64,000 nucleotides of DNA from positions 191,442 to 255,441 of the forward strand of contig JBGPQV010000002.1 in NCBI GenBank assembly GCA_041489255.1. Direction: 5' to 3'. Below are positions 27,701 to 36,967 of this stretch, piece by piece (within the stretch, counting starts at the first letter, position 1; every line of letters starts with the position of its first letter). Origin of the DNA: Thermoplasmata archaeon (lineage in GTDB: Archaea; Thermoplasmatota; Thermoplasmata; RBG-16-68-12; JAFNFQ01). The notes below the pieces were generated by a model. The model was given only the letters and a program-made list of their open reading frames with translations. It was not told the DNA's origin and searched no databases. The position numbers were made by a program, and so were the translations under genes.

Positions 27701-28109
27701 CGTCGAAGAGATCGATTCACGCGGAAACGAGGTCGAAGGCGACGCAAACATGCTTAAGTCTGATAGAACCGAGCTTGAGAGATCATGGAAGGAATTGCAG
27801 AGGCAAGAGAAGGATGTCGCGGCTCTCAGGAAAGAAACCTTGGCGGCGAGAGACGCGCTAAATGCCAGGTTGAGGCGACTCGACGAGGAGAGAAAGGAAT
27901 TAGGACGGAAACAGCGCGGAGCCGCCGCAAGAGCGCGCGAGGGATTGACCAAAGAAAGGAAAGCGCTTCAGAAGGCCAAGCGTGAACTCGACAAAGCATG
28001 GAGCGCCATTGCCGAGAAGGAGAAATGGCTGTCCATTCGCGCGAGAGAACTGGACTCGAAGGCGAAAGCAATCCAGCTGACGAAGCAGAGGCTAACAAGG
28101 CTGTTCTGA
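24753..28109 (+). CDS. Very long coiled-coil protein with no recognisable globular domain
   Basis: About 1100 aa E/K/R/L-rich heptads; GTGA overlap with the upstream stop; no Walker motifs. Confidence 0.85.
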   Translation: MIPTGLRDKARELAGNEETEEQKAAVPPTADDVSISEPDTVTVPRSQLQKLETGLRELEQKLKDSQKEAKDRAEHLGRELKRAGETLNARESELADMGEMVAELERTGKELAKEKKELEARLAQEGETGKKTSRLKKELDDTNALLRKKEDELSDLRQELDSLTGEVEAFRMARALTEDRFKKDLQQVKSKLENAETRGLEMKKEAELAKTREESANEILEEKDRLLRADQENLEREKKENAGLKEMLRQNRESAKSREKELNDSMSGLMAELAERRGETENLRLQIDKSGDISTREKRLRDEANRLDSKAKELGAKEASLRTLEENLSATKKELENEINTLEDAKRGIEASRAELERREREAKATDKKLSAAKDDIDKQRLTLEQESAALKSEKIALDSTITELERERGNLAAQEKELSKREKNLAKKQGELDERLRTAQDEKQAVSSAAKAVEREKEEITSRKTEIEALAAELARQEENLDAKMEGLQNERERNETALRELDSRYEEFSRRELALTKLDADLQKKKASLDELGPEMAQERERLDGEGKEFQRRREELLALERSVSEMQAAFQSKRESLSREVKDLEAKSKKEEKRLSALEDDIKGREQEVSRITAEIKVKQSALENLEKELKNREAALERKDQELRERDMGVQASFVETQAEKERLESLRVQLETVKRDLEEQERSVAASASELARRTARVEEEEAEWRNRKQELDGERKILQEQERALARLKAGVEKEKAVLDARGNAANQKIKEDARSAERLKDREKRLADLERELVAKETVLQGRIKELEGFEGRVSERTGALDSNLREIGEIRRDLDLRERDLAAALERASGREGTSKELKIRIQHDKAEIDRERNELERMRTAVRKEAEDLDKKEMRLRQSESLLEARTAELLKMHKSVDEDRKQLRTTQMKMLQEVAKAEKEAGKKQARAFERIERERRGVSLEREKLAEMLKAKSSLRDAEGRLRDKETKLKEVVEEIDSRGNEVEGDANMLKSDRTELERSWKELQRQEKDVAALRKETLAARDALNARLRRLDEERKELGRKQRGAAARAREGLTKERKALQKAKRELDKAWSAIAEKEKWLSIRARELDSKAKAIQLTKQRLTRLF

Positions 28110-28119
28110 AAGCCCAAGC

Positions 28120-28785
28120 TCAAGTATCTTCAGCGGGAGCGATCACCGCGGCGTCGACCTCGGCTGGCTGGCTCAAGTAGTAGAGGAATATCGTACCGAA
28201 GATCGGGACGAATATCAGCGAACTGAGGATGTGCAGCAGGGTGAACGGCACCTGCATCCCCAGCGTTTGCCAGATCGATTGGCTGATCGGCGGTTTCCCT
28301 ATTATCGTCAGCCACATTCCAGCAGCGGTCCAGATGTCGTAGAAGATCGTGAGCGGGATGCTTATCGAGGTGAGAACGGCGATGGACTTGAGGCGGAACG
28401 CGAGATGGCGGCGGCGGGTGGCCGAGCCGATCAAGGAGATCATCACGTATCCGGAATAGATGAAAAGGGCGAGCGCGGCGATGTCGCCGAGTGGATAGAA
28501 CCCTGGGTATCGCGCGACATAGATGATCGCGTCTGTGGAGAGCATGATGGATATCGGGACGATCACGACATACATCCCGCCAAGGTATGTGCCGGCAAGC
28601 AGCGATGCCACCAGAACCGTTTCGATGTTCGCTAGGTTCAGCAGAAGGAGTCGCCCGACTATCCCGATGAGTATCAGCAAGAGAGCTGCCCTGAACTTCT
28701 TGTTGCCGAGCCTGAGCTCATGCAGACTCAGGGACTCCCCGATGCCTCTCCGAAGGTTCAAGGCGGATATTGAGCGAAACGCCAT
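28120..28785 (-). CDS. ECF transporter S-component-like membrane protein (CbrT-like, inferred corrinoid)
   Basis: GRL..LANIETV, about six TM helices, PFTLLHILS; located in a DUF4430 operon. Confidence 0.65.
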   Translation of the reverse strand: MAFRSISALNLRRGIGESLSLHELRLGNKKFRAALLLILIGIVGRLLLLNLANIETVLVASLLAGTYLGGMYVVIVPISIMLSTDAIIYVARYPGFYPLGDIAALALFIYSGYVMISLIGSATRRRHLAFRLKSIAVLTSISIPLTIFYDIWTAAGMWLTIIGKPPISQSIWQTLGMQVPFTLLHILSSLIFVPIFGTIFLYYLSQPAEVDAAVIAPAEDT

Positions 28786-29216
28786 TCCAGCACGTCTCCG
28801 TCGTTCAGGGCGGCGTGGTTCGCACCGACAGAGCCATAGACTCCGTCGATCCAATATTGCCACCACCGTCCGCTATCACCATTCACGTCACCGCCAATCG
28901 AGTGGACGAACACCGAGTCCGGCGGTACCGTCCAGTTCTGCCAGACCACCGAGAAGTGGAGGGCACGCGCAGCTTCCAGCAGGAAAGAGAAAGCGGTGTT
29001 GTTGCGGCTCGCGTTCGACTCGAACGAGATGCTCCACCCCCCGCCCGCAACGTCTAGCCTGAGATGGAGGCCCTCACTCGGCGGCGGAACCCCTTGCGAG
29101 AATGATGCATTCGCGAGCGCCCACACGCCAGCGACGGACGCAGTGAGGCATGCGGCAAATGCGATGGCTGCAAGAACTGACCGCCGGTTGATATTCCAAG
29201 CCGCCTTGCGTTTCAG
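28758..29216 (-). CDS. DUF4430 domain secreted protein (probable CTG start)
   Basis: VFVHSIGGDVN..WWQYWIDG..VGA..LNDGDVLEW; the frame extends through a signal peptide to CTG 29216. Confidence 0.8.
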   Translation of the reverse strand: MKRKAAWNINRRSVLAAIAFAACLTASVAGVWALANASFSQGVPPPSEGLHLRLDVAGGGWSISFESNASRNNTAFSFLLEAARALHFSVVWQNWTVPPDSVFVHSIGGDVNGDSGRWWQYWIDGVYGSVGANHAALNDGDVLEWRFAQYPP

Positions 29217-30880
29217 CGTTCCCGCCTCCTCACGAGGTAGAAACCGCCTGCAATCACCGCAACAACGACGAGCGGGACGATGACGAGTATGGCGTAGGTG
29301 AGAGCTGACGGGCCTTCGTTTCCCACTTCACTTGGACAGCCCAGCGCGTAGACGAAACCGTTGTCAGAGGCCATATAGACAATGCCGTCGGCAACAATCG
29401 GCGATGAGATTGTGTAGTTCACGGGCGTGGGCATGTACGTCCAAAGCGGATCGCCGCTGTTCGCGTCGAGAACGTACAGGGTGCCGTACGCCTCGTTCGT
29501 GGTCGCGAAGACCGCTCCGTCTGCATACACCAACGAGGACTGAACCGGTCCGCTCAGCGTCGTCTCCCACAGCTTTTGCCCGGTCATTGAGAGGGCAATC
29601 ACATTCCCCTTCTGACCCATGATTCCGTCCGCCACGAACAATCTCGAGCCATCCGTGGCGGGAGATGATGTCGAATTCCCCATCGCATATGTCCACGCCT
29701 CGGTGCCGTTAAACCTCGCCGCGTGCACCGTCCCATCTCGGCTCGTGAAGAACACGAGAGAGCCGACGACCACTGGGGAGGAAGCCACCGATCCCGCTGT
29801 GGGCATGAACCACCGCTCCGACCCGTCGGAGATGTTCAATGCAAGCAGGCCGTATGGCGGGTTGAATGAGTAAGTCGAGCCGTCGAAGTGCCCCGCAACT
29901 CCGACATAGAGCGTGTCATCTCTGATGGCGGGAGTTGACAGGTGGATCGAGGGTGAAACTTGCTTCCAGACTATCGCCCCGTTCCAGACGTTGACCGCGA
30001 CGATCCCGCCGTCACCGCCGCTCTCGTTGAACAGACCCACGTAGACTCTATCCATGTATTGCTTTGGCGATGATGCAATCCCTGTGAAAATCGGAGAGGG
30101 CACCAAACGCGTGCTCCAGATATCGGTGCCGTTGGAAGCGTCGATGTAGTGGAGATACCCATCTCGTCCGCCAACCAACGCTCCTCCGTTGAACACGGCA
30201 GGTGAAGACATACCGGAGATGTCCGACCTCTCCCGGACTGGGGCGCCGCTGTCCGCGTCCAGAATGAAGAAACCCGCCCACGTCGGCACCAGCAGCGTCC
30301 CGTAGGCAGCAGCCGGTGTCCCGCTGATCTCGAACGCCTGAGTGTCGAACTGCCATCTGAGCGAGTGGTCGCCACACAAGCTGCCGGAGTAATGTCCTGA
30401 GTTTGAGACGTCCTTCCTGAATGAGGTATATGGGTAGGGATGCAGCGGGGAGGGCACTGGTCTCGTGTTGACCAACGTGTCTGGATTATCCACGGCGAGG
30501 TACCACGCGATTATGTCCCCGGCACTGAGATTCAGCTCCGCGGCGCCCAGCTGAGAGATTTCCCATCTGGAACCTGAATCGGTCCATTGAAACAGATGCC
30601 ACCACAACGGATACGATGGATGGCGGTCACCGATATCCTGGACCATCACGCCGAATGAGAACCAGCGGTAGGTCAGGTTCAGACCTGATGCATCGGATGC
30701 TCTTGCGGTCATGTTGAAGGCCGTTCTGTTAAGGCCGACGTCTACTTCCGTCCACAGGTAAGTCCCGTCACCGAAATCAAACAGCACCTTCACGCTTGAA
30801 TCGGCTCCGAGGGATGTTGGCTGCAGGGCAAGCGCTCCCAGAGCCACGATCGCCGCCAGCATTGCGGGGAAAATCCTCAT
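29213..30880 (-). CDS. Secreted DUF4430-like plus PQQ-type beta-propeller protein with C-terminal TM anchor
   Basis: Signal peptide; FGVMVQDIG..WHLFQW..GAAELNLSAGDIIAW; repeated SSP..G.V...DG..ALDA..G...W blades; TM followed by RRRER. Confidence 0.8.
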   Translation of the reverse strand: MRIFPAMLAAIVALGALALQPTSLGADSSVKVLFDFGDGTYLWTEVDVGLNRTAFNMTARASDASGLNLTYRWFSFGVMVQDIGDRHPSYPLWWHLFQWTDSGSRWEISQLGAAELNLSAGDIIAWYLAVDNPDTLVNTRPVPSPLHPYPYTSFRKDVSNSGHYSGSLCGDHSLRWQFDTQAFEISGTPAAAYGTLLVPTWAGFFILDADSGAPVRERSDISGMSSPAVFNGGALVGGRDGYLHYIDASNGTDIWSTRLVPSPIFTGIASSPKQYMDRVYVGLFNESGGDGGIVAVNVWNGAIVWKQVSPSIHLSTPAIRDDTLYVGVAGHFDGSTYSFNPPYGLLALNISDGSERWFMPTAGSVASSPVVVGSLVFFTSRDGTVHAARFNGTEAWTYAMGNSTSSPATDGSRLFVADGIMGQKGNVIALSMTGQKLWETTLSGPVQSSLVYADGAVFATTNEAYGTLYVLDANSGDPLWTYMPTPVNYTISSPIVADGIVYMASDNGFVYALGCPSEVGNEGPSALTYAILVIVPLVVVAVIAGGFYLVRRRER

Positions 30881-30971
30881 TCAAGTTCACTTTACAAAAT
30901 TACAGAACACTTTAATGCATATAAAGCTTAAGGCGCGCATATTTATCAGGACGGAGTGATACGAGTCCCCC

Positions 30972-31766
30972 ATGAGAGTGCTGCGGGACGTGCGAGAGTC
31001 TACGAAGCTCCTGATTCTCAAGGAACTCACGGCGCGCCGACACTCTAGATTGCGCACCGTCGCTGAGCGGCTCGACATCACGGTGCAGGGCGTCTCCGAG
31101 TACATGAAGCTCATGAGCAAGGAAGGACTGATCCGGAATGTGGACGGAGACTGGAGGGCGACAAGGAAAGGGGTCGAGTTCCTCCAGGCGAACTTCCTTG
31201 CGCTCAAAGAGTTCGTAGAGTCGTCCGTCAAGGAGATGAGCATAGTGGACATCGCCGCCGCTGTCGCGGGCACCGAAATCAAGGAGGGCGAGAAGGTCGG
31301 GCTCTTCATGGAAAAAGGCGAACTCGTGGCATATCCAGGAAAAAGCTCGACATCGCGCGGAGTCGCGGTCCATGCGGCATCGAAGGGAGAGGATCTCGGA
31401 GTGAGAGAGCTGGAGGGCATAGTGCGGCTTCATCCGGGCAAGGTGACGATCCTGCGGATACCGTCGGTCCGCGACGGCGGGACCAGACGGCTCGATTCGG
31501 GGAAGGTGGGCCGCATCGTGAAACGACGTTCAACTGAGGTCGTGGCGGCCGTTGACCTGGTCGGCAGAGTCATGGCTCGCAGAATCGGGCTCCCTGTGGA
31601 CATTTCATTCTCGGCGCTCCCCGCCACCCTCGAGGCCGCACAGCACGGACTGGACGTCCTAGTGCTCTGCCCAGAGGACCGAGTCGCGGAGTTCATCGGA
31701 GGAATAGAGGAAACCAACTCCCGCCTCGAAGAGAAGATTGCCTACGAGACGGTCAGCGCGACCTGA
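30972..31766 (+). CDS. Archaeal wHTH (MarR-like) transcriptional regulator with C-terminal domain
   Basis: VAERLDITVQGVSEYMKLM..G, ATRKGVEFL, GEKVGLFMEKG. Confidence 0.8.
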   Translation: MRVLRDVRESTKLLILKELTARRHSRLRTVAERLDITVQGVSEYMKLMSKEGLIRNVDGDWRATRKGVEFLQANFLALKEFVESSVKEMSIVDIAAAVAGTEIKEGEKVGLFMEKGELVAYPGKSSTSRGVAVHAASKGEDLGVRELEGIVRLHPGKVTILRIPSVRDGGTRRLDSGKVGRIVKRRSTEVVAAVDLVGRVMARRIGLPVDISFSALPATLEAAQHGLDVLVLCPEDRVAEFIGGIEETNSRLEEKIAYETVSAT

Positions 31767-31768
31767 TT

Positions 31769-32710
31769 TCATTCCAATATCGAGACATCGTCGAGCTTCC
31801 CGTCCCCGTCTCTGTCCAATCCAAGGACGACTTTGTAGAACTCTGCCTCCCCGTGGTAGTCATACAGAACCTTCTCGCTGAGCTGCGTCACGCCGAGTAT
31901 GGTCGCGAGAGTGCCCATATAATGCAAACCCCAGAGCAGCAGCATCTTCTTCTCTGTGCGCCAAGGATTCGGGACCTTGGCAATCAACCCGGAATATTCC
32001 TCGGAATATGTCCGACCCGTGATCGAGGATTGAATCTTCCAAGCATCCCGCCACTCGAAACGCACTTTAAGATGCTCGTTCGCGTCCATCGAGACGATGT
32101 TCGCCACTGGCCCCCCGACCAGCATCATGTTCGATCTCTCGAGGCCTTCGGCCTTGACTTCGGTGTCTAGCCTGACCGAGATGCCTTTTGGCGGCGCGAA
32201 AAGTTGACCCAGCCTGAGGCCCAGCTGGACAGCGTAAGGGGAATCGCGGGCCACGGTCAGGAACGGACCGTGCGGATGGGGAGAGCCGACGACAACATAA
32301 CCGTCCAGGATACCGTCGCGGGAGAATTCCCCAAGGAATTCCCTCAGCTTCGCGGGCGCGGCGCCCGGACCTGTAGTGACTGGCGTCCCATTCCCACGCA
32401 GCTGCACGCCGAACGCATCCGCCACGGGGGCATAGTAGCGGCACAAGCCACCCCGTCTCTGCTCTTGCCTGACGACTTTGAGCATTCCAGCCGCCGCGAG
32501 ACGCCTGATGTGGTAGTAGACCTTCTGTTCGTGGACATCAAGCTTCTTCGCAAGCGAGCCGGGGAAATCCGGCTTCGTCTTCAGCTCCTCCAGTATCTTC
32601 CATGCCAAGGTGGAGGATATGGCATCAAGATCGGCGGGATCATCCACGAGGTGGATCGGCTTTGCTGTGGCTGCTCCGCCTGGGCTCTGCATGATTATTT
32701 GAGCGTCCAT
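31769..32710 (-). CDS. ArsR-like HTH regulator with C-terminal 'LVGGPVAN' domain
   Basis: LAKKLDVHEQKVYYHIRRLAAAG; VVGSPHPHGP, LVGGPVAN, GLDRDGDGKLDD. Confidence 0.8.
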   Translation of the reverse strand: MDAQIIMQSPGGAATAKPIHLVDDPADLDAISSTLAWKILEELKTKPDFPGSLAKKLDVHEQKVYYHIRRLAAAGMLKVVRQEQRRGGLCRYYAPVADAFGVQLRGNGTPVTTGPGAAPAKLREFLGEFSRDGILDGYVVVGSPHPHGPFLTVARDSPYAVQLGLRLGQLFAPPKGISVRLDTEVKAEGLERSNMMLVGGPVANIVSMDANEHLKVRFEWRDAWKIQSSITGRTYSEEYSGLIAKVPNPWRTEKKMLLLWGLHYMGTLATILGVTQLSEKVLYDYHGEAEFYKVVLGLDRDGDGKLDDVSILE

Positions 32711-32930
32711 GGATGTCCATCATCGTTTTACTATAATAATTCTTTTAGCTTTACTACAACTGTTATAGAAATGATTATAACAATCCCCGCCATCTATCCC
32801 TTCATGTCCACCGGAAATAACGAAACTATGTGGGGAACAATCCTGATATCAAAAAGGATAATCACCACGGAACGTACTTCAGAACTCGCCCTCGGTCGGA
32901 ACTCCCGGAGCAGGGCATGAGGCGGTAAAG

Positions 32931-34121
32931 ATGAAAGCTATCTTACTTGCGGCGGGGAAGGGCGCGCGGATGTGGCCATTCACCGCATACAAACCGAAGG
33001 GCATGATACCGGTCGCCAACAAGCCGATCCTCGAGCACGTCATCGCGGCGCTTGTCGAGAACAACGTGCGGGAGATCGTGATGGTAGTCGGGTATCAGCC
33101 CGAGAAGATCATGAGCTACTTCGAGGACGGAAAGAAGTTCGGCGCGAGCATGGAATATATTTCCCAGATGAAGCAGCTGGGGACGGCGCACGCACTTTGG
33201 GAGGCGAGGTCGAAAATAGATGACAGGTTCGTCGTGCTGAATGGCTCGAATGTCGTCAATGCACAGGCAGTGGCAGACCTCGTTCATCAAGATGAGGCCC
33301 CAGCGGTGCTGATCACCGAGAGCGAGACGCCAACGAAATACGGCGAGGTGGTTGAGCGGAATGGATACCTCGAGCGAATCGTGGAGAAGCCAACGGAACC
33401 GGTCAGCCACCTGATCAACACGGGGATGTACCTCTTGGACAAGTCCTTCTTCGAGGTAGGCGAACCTCTGATAAGGGAAGGGAAGTACGACATCCCGAAC
33501 ATCCTCCAGCATCTCGCCACTCAAAAGCGCGTGAAAGTCGTGAGGACCGCCGGAAAATGGGCTGACGCGCTCTACCCCTGGGATCTGCTGAAGCTGAACG
33601 CCAGCGCACTCGTCGACATCGGTGAGGGCAGGGCGGGAAGGATTGAGAAGGACGTGCATTTCGAGGGCAATGTCTTGGTGGGCGACGGAACGACGATACG
33701 CTCCGGAACCTACATCAATGGGCCAGCGATAATCGCTGAGGGTTGCGAGATCGGCCCCCAGGTGGTCATCAACCCATCGACCAGTATCGGCAAGAATGTC
33801 CGCATAGGCCCGTTCACCGAGGTGAAAGACAGCATCCTCATGGATGACGTGAGTATCGGTTCCGGCTCCGTGGTGGCCAACAGTGTGATAGGCAAGGGAT
33901 CCAACCTTGGGACTCGCTTCACCTCTTTGTCAGGAGCGGCAAGCGTGGAAGTCGAGGGCGAGTGGCACAGGGTGGAGACAGTTGGGTCGCTGATAGGGGA
34001 CGATGTAGTCATAGCGGGCGGAGTCGTGGTCGAGCCCGGGACGATCGTGGGTGCGAAGTGCAACGTCGGGGCAATGGTCCGCCTCCGGGGGAATGTGCCC
34101 AACGGGAGCACAGTGGTCTGA
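32931..34121 (+). CDS. glmU: Bifunctional sugar-1-phosphate nucleotidylyltransferase/acetyltransferase (archaeal GlmU)
   Basis: LAAGKGARMWP..KPK, QLGTAHA, YPWDLL, hexapeptide repeats; adjacent to glmS. Confidence 0.88.
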   Translation: MKAILLAAGKGARMWPFTAYKPKGMIPVANKPILEHVIAALVENNVREIVMVVGYQPEKIMSYFEDGKKFGASMEYISQMKQLGTAHALWEARSKIDDRFVVLNGSNVVNAQAVADLVHQDEAPAVLITESETPTKYGEVVERNGYLERIVEKPTEPVSHLINTGMYLLDKSFFEVGEPLIREGKYDIPNILQHLATQKRVKVVRTAGKWADALYPWDLLKLNASALVDIGEGRAGRIEKDVHFEGNVLVGDGTTIRSGTYINGPAIIAEGCEIGPQVVINPSTSIGKNVRIGPFTEVKDSILMDDVSIGSGSVVANSVIGKGSNLGTRFTSLSGAASVEVEGEWHRVETVGSLIGDDVVIAGGVVVEPGTIVGAKCNVGAMVRLRGNVPNGSTVV

Positions 34122-34122
34122 G

Positions 34123-35913
34123 ATGTGCGGGATCACGGGCTATACGGGTTCGAAGGACGCCGTCGGCATAGTCATAGAAGCGCTCAAGCGGTTGGAGTAC
34201 CGCGGGTATGATTCGGCCGGTGTGGCTGTCGTCGGCAAGAGCCTCTCAGTCTTCAAAGACCAAGGTCAAATCGCACAACTCGAGAGAATCCTCCCGGAGA
34301 CGCACGGAGGTACCGCGATTGGCCACACACGATGGGCAACGCATGGCCGGCCTTCAAAAGAGAACGCCCACCCGTTCCTCGACTGCAAAGGGCAGGTTGC
34401 TCTGGCTCATAATGGCATAATCGAGAATTTCTACTCGCTCAGGGAGCAGCTCCGACAGGAAGGCCACACATTTGCGTCAGAGACCGACAGCGAGGTTGCC
34501 GTTCATCTCGTCGAGAAGTTCTACAAGGGCAACCTGGAGGATGCGGTGAGGGAGGCGATAAAGCATATACAGGGCACATACGCTTTCGTCATCGTCCACT
34601 CGGGCGAGCCTGGCAAGATCGTCGCCGCGAGGAATTTTAGCCCCATGGTAATAGGTCTCGGTTCTGGGGAGAATCTGCTGGCGTCTGACATTCCCGCCAT
34701 CCTTAAGCACACTGACAAGGTCATCTACCTGCGCGACAGAGAGATGGCGGTGGTCACGCCGAATGCCGTCCGGATCACGGACTTCGAGGGGAACGAGATA
34801 AGACATGAACCGCAGACCATCATGTGGTCAATGGAGGACGCGGAGCGTGGCGGCTTTGAGCACTTCATGATCAAGGAGATATTCGAGCAACCGGAGGCAA
34901 TACACCAGACTCTTCTCGGACGGTTCGACGAGTCCGACATCGACAGGCTCCTTTCGCAGAACCTGACCTCGATCAAGATCGTGGCCTGCGGCACTTCGTA
35001 TCATGCCGCGTTGGCGGGGAAATACATCCTCGAGGAGCTGGGCAGAGTCCCGGTGACCGCGGAACTGGCATCGGAGTACCGGTATTCCCGAGGCGGGATG
35101 GACAGGCCGCTCGTCATCCTCATCAGCCAGAGCGGGGAGACAGCTGATACCCTCGCCGCCGCAAGGGAAGCGAAGAAGAGAGGGTGCCCGACCCTCGCTG
35201 TCACGAACTACGTGGGCAGCTCGCTGACACGCGAGGCCGATTTCACGTTCTACACGCGTGCGGGTTTGGAGATTGGAGTCGCCGCCACTAAGACGTTTCT
35301 GACACAGCTCGTCGCGATGTACCTCATCGGGATGAAGCTGGGTTTGCAGAGGAGCGCCTTGACTCCGACCCAGGCTGACGGTCTCCTGAATGAACTCCGT
35401 GCGCTCCCCCGGGTCGTTCAGTCGGTGCTTGACCGAGCTGAGGCTGTGAGGAAATTGGCCGCGAAGTATGCGGCGGCAGATAATGTGTTCTATATTGGGC
35501 GGTACGTGAACTATCCGATCGCCCTCGAAGGCGCGTTGAAGCTCAAGGAAATCTCTTATGTGCATGCCGAAGGCTATCCCGGGGGAGAACTCAAGCACGG
35601 TCCTCTGGCAGTGATATCCGAGAAGACGCCAATCGTCGCGATAGCCGTTAGAGACCATACTTACGAGAAGATGCTCAGCAATATCGGAGAGGTGAACGCT
35701 CGAGGAGGTCCGGTGATTGGCGTTGGGATGGATGACGATTCCGACCTCGGGAAATACGTGGACGATATCATCCTAGTTCCGACAGTGCGTCCGCTCCTCT
35801 CGCCCATCCCGATTGTGGTTGCTCTCCAGCTTCTCGCATATCACGTGGCGAAAGCCCGCGGCTGCGCCATAGACAAGCCGAGGAACCTCGCGAAGACCGT
35901 CACGGTGGAGTAG
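34123..35913 (+). CDS. glmS: Glutamine--fructose-6-phosphate aminotransferase
   Basis: MCGITG, LEYRGYDSAG, GHTRWATHG, SQSGETADT, PRNLAKTVTVE. Confidence 0.97.
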   Translation: MCGITGYTGSKDAVGIVIEALKRLEYRGYDSAGVAVVGKSLSVFKDQGQIAQLERILPETHGGTAIGHTRWATHGRPSKENAHPFLDCKGQVALAHNGIIENFYSLREQLRQEGHTFASETDSEVAVHLVEKFYKGNLEDAVREAIKHIQGTYAFVIVHSGEPGKIVAARNFSPMVIGLGSGENLLASDIPAILKHTDKVIYLRDREMAVVTPNAVRITDFEGNEIRHEPQTIMWSMEDAERGGFEHFMIKEIFEQPEAIHQTLLGRFDESDIDRLLSQNLTSIKIVACGTSYHAALAGKYILEELGRVPVTAELASEYRYSRGGMDRPLVILISQSGETADTLAAAREAKKRGCPTLAVTNYVGSSLTREADFTFYTRAGLEIGVAATKTFLTQLVAMYLIGMKLGLQRSALTPTQADGLLNELRALPRVVQSVLDRAEAVRKLAAKYAAADNVFYIGRYVNYPIALEGALKLKEISYVHAEGYPGGELKHGPLAVISEKTPIVAIAVRDHTYEKMLSNIGEVNARGGPVIGVGMDDDSDLGKYVDDIILVPTVRPLLSPIPIVVALQLLAYHVAKARGCAIDKPRNLAKTVTVE

Positions 35914-35923
35914 CGTCCTTCCG

Positions 35924-36850
35924 TCATCGATTCGCGGGACGCAGCGAACCTCGGTCGGATGTACGCTTATCCCGACTCGAGGTCGCGAGGATTCCCCCAA
36001 TGAGTATCATCGCTCCTCCGAAGACATAGATGACGAGGAAAGTCTCTCCGATGGCAATAATTGACAAAAGAACGGCGAAGAGCACCTCGAACAGCAGGAG
36101 GACCGAGGAGACCGTGGCGGTCACGTTCTTCAAGGCCTTCGACCACATGATCAATGGCGGGAGCGTCGTCACGAGCCCGAGGTACAGGATGCCCCCCCAG
36201 CTCGCCGCGGCAACCGGCTGCGTCAAATTGACGAAAGGCAGGGGGAAGAGGAGGAATGGGACCGTCGCAACGATGACCGCGATGCTCAGGTCGACGTAGT
36301 CGAAATTCGAATCGACTGCCCTCTTCGTGAAAAGGACGTAAAGTGCCCAGCTGAAGCCCGCCGAGAACACCATGATGTCGCCGATGATTTCCCCGTGTTG
36401 CAAGAAGGAGATATCGAGACCGGTCTCCAGCACAACAACCCCGCCAACTCCGAGCAACACCCCGGCAATCTTCCTCGGACCAAGGCGCTCATGGAAGAAC
36501 AGGTACGAAAGCACCGCAATGAACACGATGTTGAAATTGACGAGGAGCGAAGTCTTGGAAGCCGTCGTGAAAGCGAGGCCCGCATGCTGCAGAATGAAGG
36601 ATATCGCGTTGAGGAAACCGAGTATCCAGACAACGGGCTGGCGGAAGATGCCGACCTTGAACCGTCTCGTGGCCAGCAATATCACCAGCCCGAGCATCGC
36701 GGAAATCGAGAGGCGCGCGAACGACATGACGAAGGAGAATGAGAACATGTCCTGCGCCCCGCCAAGCGTCACCTTGATGGCCGGGAATGACGAGCCCCAG
36801 ATGAGGGCCGAGACCACAATCAGAACGACGCTCGATGTTCTGCGGTCCAT
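35924..36850 (-). CDS. DMT/EamA family transporter
   Basis: IWGSSFPAIK, 10 TM helices in two EamA repeats. Confidence 0.9.
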   Translation of the reverse strand: MDRRTSSVVLIVVSALIWGSSFPAIKVTLGGAQDMFSFSFVMSFARLSISAMLGLVILLATRRFKVGIFRQPVVWILGFLNAISFILQHAGLAFTTASKTSLLVNFNIVFIAVLSYLFFHERLGPRKIAGVLLGVGGVVVLETGLDISFLQHGEIIGDIMVFSAGFSWALYVLFTKRAVDSNFDYVDLSIAVIVATVPFLLFPLPFVNLTQPVAAASWGGILYLGLVTTLPPLIMWSKALKNVTATVSSVLLLFEVLFAVLLSIIAIGETFLVIYVFGGAMILIGGILATSSRDKRTSDRGSLRPANR

Positions 36851-36967
36851 GAGCCAGCCGAGCCACAACAGACCCCCTCATTATCCTTTCGACCAGGGGC
36901 GGGCATTCGGCACCCGATTCTCTTGCTGCTCTCTGGCCAGAGAATTGTTGGGATAGATTGATAAGGT

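Noticed and set aside
24753-28109. SMC/Rad50 ATPase
   Set aside because: No Walker A/B, signature, hinge or zinc-hook motifs.
30881-30971. Cobalamin riboswitch
   Set aside because: Too short, AT-rich, and lacks a B12-box.
34051-34122. glmS ribozyme or N-terminal extension of GlmS
   Set aside because: The region is glmU coding sequence, and GlmS must start at MCG (34123).
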